Notes under the pieces: model-generated
What the model saw: only the letters and a program-made list of their open reading frames with translations
What the model was told of the DNA's origin: nothing
Database searches by the model: none
Part shown: one piece after another, positions 60,963 through 64,000 of the stretch
Layout of the letters: every line of letters starts with the position of its first letter
How positions within the stretch are numbered: the first letter of the stretch is position 1
NCBI GenBank assembly: GCA_963836235.1
Contig: CAWIIP010000005.1
Span: 32,001 to 96,000, forward strand
Origin: an uncultured Pseudomonadota bacterium
GTDB lineage: Bacteria > Oederibacteriota > Muellerivitia > Muellerivitales > Muellerivitaceae
DNA length: 64,000 bases
Reading direction: 5' to 3'
Made by a program: the position numbers and the translations under genes

Positions 60963-63509
60963 TTACCGAGTCCCCAGCACGGGGATGGATCCCTGCGAAG
61001 AAGCACCTGCCGCCAGTTCGTCCAAGGGAACTTCTCCTGCCGCTCCAGGAGCCGTAACCATGATCAGGGGAACTTGATGTTCCGCCGCGAAAGCCGTGAC
61101 CAGTTCCACGTGATGGAGGCCCGCCGCCAGGGAAACCTCCCGAGTCTTCACCTGACTTTCATCGGGCTTCATTTCCAATACTTTTTTTCCATCCAGGAAA
61201 AATCGGAACACATCCCCGGTGTGTAGCTCCAATTTATATTCCCCGGGCGTTTGGACATTCCAATCCCCTTCCACCCGCATGGAATTATTCCAATCGATGA
61301 ATTGGCGGGGGGGTAAGGAATCATTCCACCGGGCCGCACGGTCTTCATAAAGGATCAAACCACGGCCCAAGCCGTAATAACCATAGCACCTGCGCTTCCA
61401 AGTCTGGAGCGAAACCCGCCGGACATGAAAAAAAGCCTTCTCGTCTTGGGGAATCCGGTTAAAGGGGATCTCGGTCCACCACATATATGGAATATCGCCT
61501 TCCCCTTGCAGATAATAACTCTTCTTTTGCCATTGGATTCCGGGAAACTCTTGCTCTATCTTTTTTTGGCTTTCCACGTCGCGTCCAGCCACGAAAACGG
61601 CCAAATCTTTTCCTTTTTCATCGGGCGTTAGGTCAATGCTATTACTATCGGTTGTTTGAAACAAATCGGCCCCGTCCGCCAAAACCTCCATGGCGCAAGC
61701 GGCATAAAAACCAGGATTGTGCTCCACAATATATACCCGGTGGTCGGGCATTTCCTTTCGGGCCTGATCCCAAACAATGGTGTTTTGGGCCTCCTGGGCG
61801 ATCCACTCCCAAACGAGCTTATGATTCTGACCCGCTTCCCATCCCAAGCCCAAAAGGATCACGCCCACGAAAAGGCCGTTCACCCACTTTCCAGACCTGG
61901 TTTGAAGAAGGGCAAGCCAAAGCCTGTTAACACCCCAAGCACCCGTCAAGAGGAGGGGCAGATCGCAAATCACGTAACGGAAGGAATGAGGCCCGTTAGA
62001 TAGGATTCCCGCCACCGTGCTGACGAAAAAAAGCGAAACGATAAAAGCGGAAAGCCACCTTGGTCTGGCGATAAAATAGGCGGCTCCCAATAGAGCGCAA
62101 GCGGCTACCATAAATTCGTAAAGCGAATCCCCGATGGCGGGCATGCGAGATACGTGATCCACTTGCCCGAACAGAAGTTTGAAGGTGAAAGACGTGTTTC
62201 CGATAACCTTCGCCCAGCCTTGCCCCGGTTCGGTAAATTTGGAACTAAAAGCCGAGATATCCGCCACATGCTCCGAATAATGGGGATGAAGGTAAAAAGG
62301 AGCCATAATTAGCGCGGTCAAAAGAGCGCCGGTCGCCCACCCAAAAAGCTTGCTGAATCCCTTTTCTTTTTCCTCCAAGAAAACTTTCGCGTAACTTCCG
62401 GCTAAAGCCAGTGCCGCAAGGATGGCCCCGGGACCGGAAAGAAAGCGGACCCACCCGCTGGTTTCGGGCAAGAAAGAGTTTTTATAAATGAAAAGGAACG
62501 CCCAAGCGACCAGGAGGCCTGGCCCCAGGACTAACCGATAAGGTCCAAATTTTCTTTCTTTTGGGTCGCTGAATACCCATAGCCAGGCCCCTCCCAAAAA
62601 AACTGGAACCCAAGGCCGGAAAGGCACGTAGGCAAAAGCCCCAAAACCGAGGGCCGCGCCCCATTCGAGGAAATGGGTCATATCGGGTTTCTTAAGAAGC
62701 CGGATGAAAAAGAGGGTCGCCGCCGCGCTGGCTAGGACCGCCGTATCGTTGCCATACTCAAACTTGGTAACCATAATCATGGTCTTGCAGATGGACCCCA
62801 TGGCTAAAAGCAACAGACCCATCCTGCGTCCGCCGATTTCCTTGCCCAAAAGGTAAAAAAGCCAAAGTGCCGTCAGATCGATGATGACTGAGCTCCATAA
62901 AACGATGATCAGCCCGGGGGCCTTGGGAAATGGCACCCAAAGCAATGCGCTCAAATAGGGAAAGAGCGCTTCCCTCCATCCGACGGGAAAGAGGAAATAA
63001 AACTTGTGGAAGTCCAGCATGTTACGGATATCGGAATCGATCGTGTAATGATCGTCCCAGAAAAACCCGACAGGTTGGTTAGGATTTTCCAATCGGAAGA
63101 AAGCCCCGACAGCCATAAAAAACCAGAAACCGGTTCGGGCTGCCCAAACAGGAATATCCCACTCTCCTTCCTGCACAGGTGGTATCAACCTAAAAAAAAC
63201 TATCAACGCGATGAAGCCAACCGTAACCAGCAAGCCCCCGGGAAGCCTGGCAAACAAATTATCCGGAGGAAAAGCTTGGATTTGATTGAGAATAAAAGCG
63301 TTCCCCTCGTGGAAAAGCAGATTGTAATTAGGAAAAGCAAAAAGACCCGCCATCACCACCAACCATGCGATGAGAAGGTATACGAATTTTTCCAGCCCGA
63401 AAGAAGCCGATTCGGGCGCCAAAACCGCCACAGCCCTTGGGGCCTTCGCCTTAGAGAACGGTTTAATATTCCGGGTAGATTTTTTTCTAGACGTTTTTCG
63501 GGTTGGCAT
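60963..63509 (-). CDS. ArnT/PMT-like glycosyltransferase with C-terminal PA14-like domain
   Basis: FRLENP...WDDH, REALFPY, YLLGKEIGGRRMG, PGEYKL...FLDG...LAAGLHHV. Confidence 0.75.
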   Translation of the reverse strand: MPTRKTSRKKSTRNIKPFSKAKAPRAVAVLAPESASFGLEKFVYLLIAWLVVMAGLFAFPNYNLLFHEGNAFILNQIQAFPPDNLFARLPGGLLVTVGFIALIVFFRLIPPVQEGEWDIPVWAARTGFWFFMAVGAFFRLENPNQPVGFFWDDHYTIDSDIRNMLDFHKFYFLFPVGWREALFPYLSALLWVPFPKAPGLIIVLWSSVIIDLTALWLFYLLGKEIGGRRMGLLLLAMGSICKTMIMVTKFEYGNDTAVLASAAATLFFIRLLKKPDMTHFLEWGAALGFGAFAYVPFRPWVPVFLGGAWLWVFSDPKERKFGPYRLVLGPGLLVAWAFLFIYKNSFLPETSGWVRFLSGPGAILAALALAGSYAKVFLEEKEKGFSKLFGWATGALLTALIMAPFYLHPHYSEHVADISAFSSKFTEPGQGWAKVIGNTSFTFKLLFGQVDHVSRMPAIGDSLYEFMVAACALLGAAYFIARPRWLSAFIVSLFFVSTVAGILSNGPHSFRYVICDLPLLLTGAWGVNRLWLALLQTRSGKWVNGLFVGVILLGLGWEAGQNHKLVWEWIAQEAQNTIVWDQARKEMPDHRVYIVEHNPGFYAACAMEVLADGADLFQTTDSNSIDLTPDEKGKDLAVFVAGRDVESQKKIEQEFPGIQWQKKSYYLQGEGDIPYMWWTEIPFNRIPQDEKAFFHVRRVSLQTWKRRCYGYYGLGRGLILYEDRAARWNDSLPPRQFIDWNNSMRVEGDWNVQTPGEYKLELHTGDVFRFFLDGKKVLEMKPDESQVKTREVSLAAGLHHVELVTAFAAEHQVPLIMVTAPGAAGEVPLDELAAGASSQGSIPVLGTR

Positions 63510-63531
63510 TTTTTCTCCCTCGCTTTAAAAC

Positions 63532-64000
63532 TTATTGACCCAGGACTTGGGAGAAACCAATTCCCGGATTTCTGATGGTGACGTCCTCAAACCAGGCGTT
63601 CGATATTAAAAAAGATAAATAATGAATTTGATGAGGGCCTTTTGAAAGAAAACGAGTCTGAGAAACTGCGTGAGGCCTTATCCATTCGACCGGAATGGAC
63701 GAAAGGGCTTTCTTCCCGTCGATCCAAATTTGAACCGGATTGGGACTGTTAATGGTAAAGGTATATTTCCCATTCTCCGGTACCATCCATTGGCCGTCCG
63801 CTGATACAGAATGAGCCCCCATTCCCCCAGGTAACGGGTTCAATTTGGCGTTAGAATCTTCATACTGAATCATGCCTCGTCCCAAGCCAAAGTAAGTGAC
63901 ATAAACGCGTCGGAGCCACTTTTTTTCCGGAACCACCCGAAACATGAACAACTTTCCTGGCTTTTCGGGTATGTCCCCTGCGGGAATGACCACGTCATAC
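63532..64000 (-). CDS. C-terminal part of a further paralog (PA14-like domain), 5' end outside window
   Basis: WLRRVYVTYFGLGRGMIQYED, GKYTF...IWIDG...LSKGPHQI matches the two downstream paralogs. Confidence 0.75.
   Translation of the reverse strand, partial: YDVVIPAGDIPEKPGKLFMFRVVPEKKWLRRVYVTYFGLGRGMIQYEDSNAKLNPLPGGMGAHSVSADGQWMVPENGKYTFTINSPNPVQIWIDGKKALSSIPVEWIRPHAVSQTRFLSKGPHQIHYLSFLISNAWFEDVTIRNPGIGFSQVLGQ

Overview
Chromosomal segment of a diderm (LPS-producing) bacterium, mostly minus-strand genes. Core content: a split ADP-heptose/LPS-core pathway (hldA-like kinase and gmhA at 0.9-2.5 kb; GT9, hldC-like adenylyltransferase, gmhB and msbA at 16.8-20.8 kb), citrate synthase, a xylFGH-type ABC transporter, two tandem PilT-family ATPases, ahcY-metK, a CUT1 sugar ABC transporter divergent from a GH3 glucosidase, and a large surface-glycosylation region (43.6-64 kb: GT2, GT9, methyltransferases, YfhO, NHL proteins and at least four ArnT/PMT-like GT-C proteins with PA14-like tails). 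The most unusual part is the accessory region at about 6-15.5 kb. There, a 26-30 bp palindrome (TTGTCCACGACGGG-nn-CCCGTCGTGGACAA or its right half) occupies every intergenic gap between four unrelated, co-oriented ~1 kb genes, resembling a cassette array with no recognisable integrase or attC sites. Next to it lie an orphan ParB-like protein with a C-terminal membrane anchor and an ORF6N-type remnant interrupted by a 99-bp hairpin element. No rRNA, tRNA or CRISPR array was seen. All calls come from reading motifs by eye; no searches were run.
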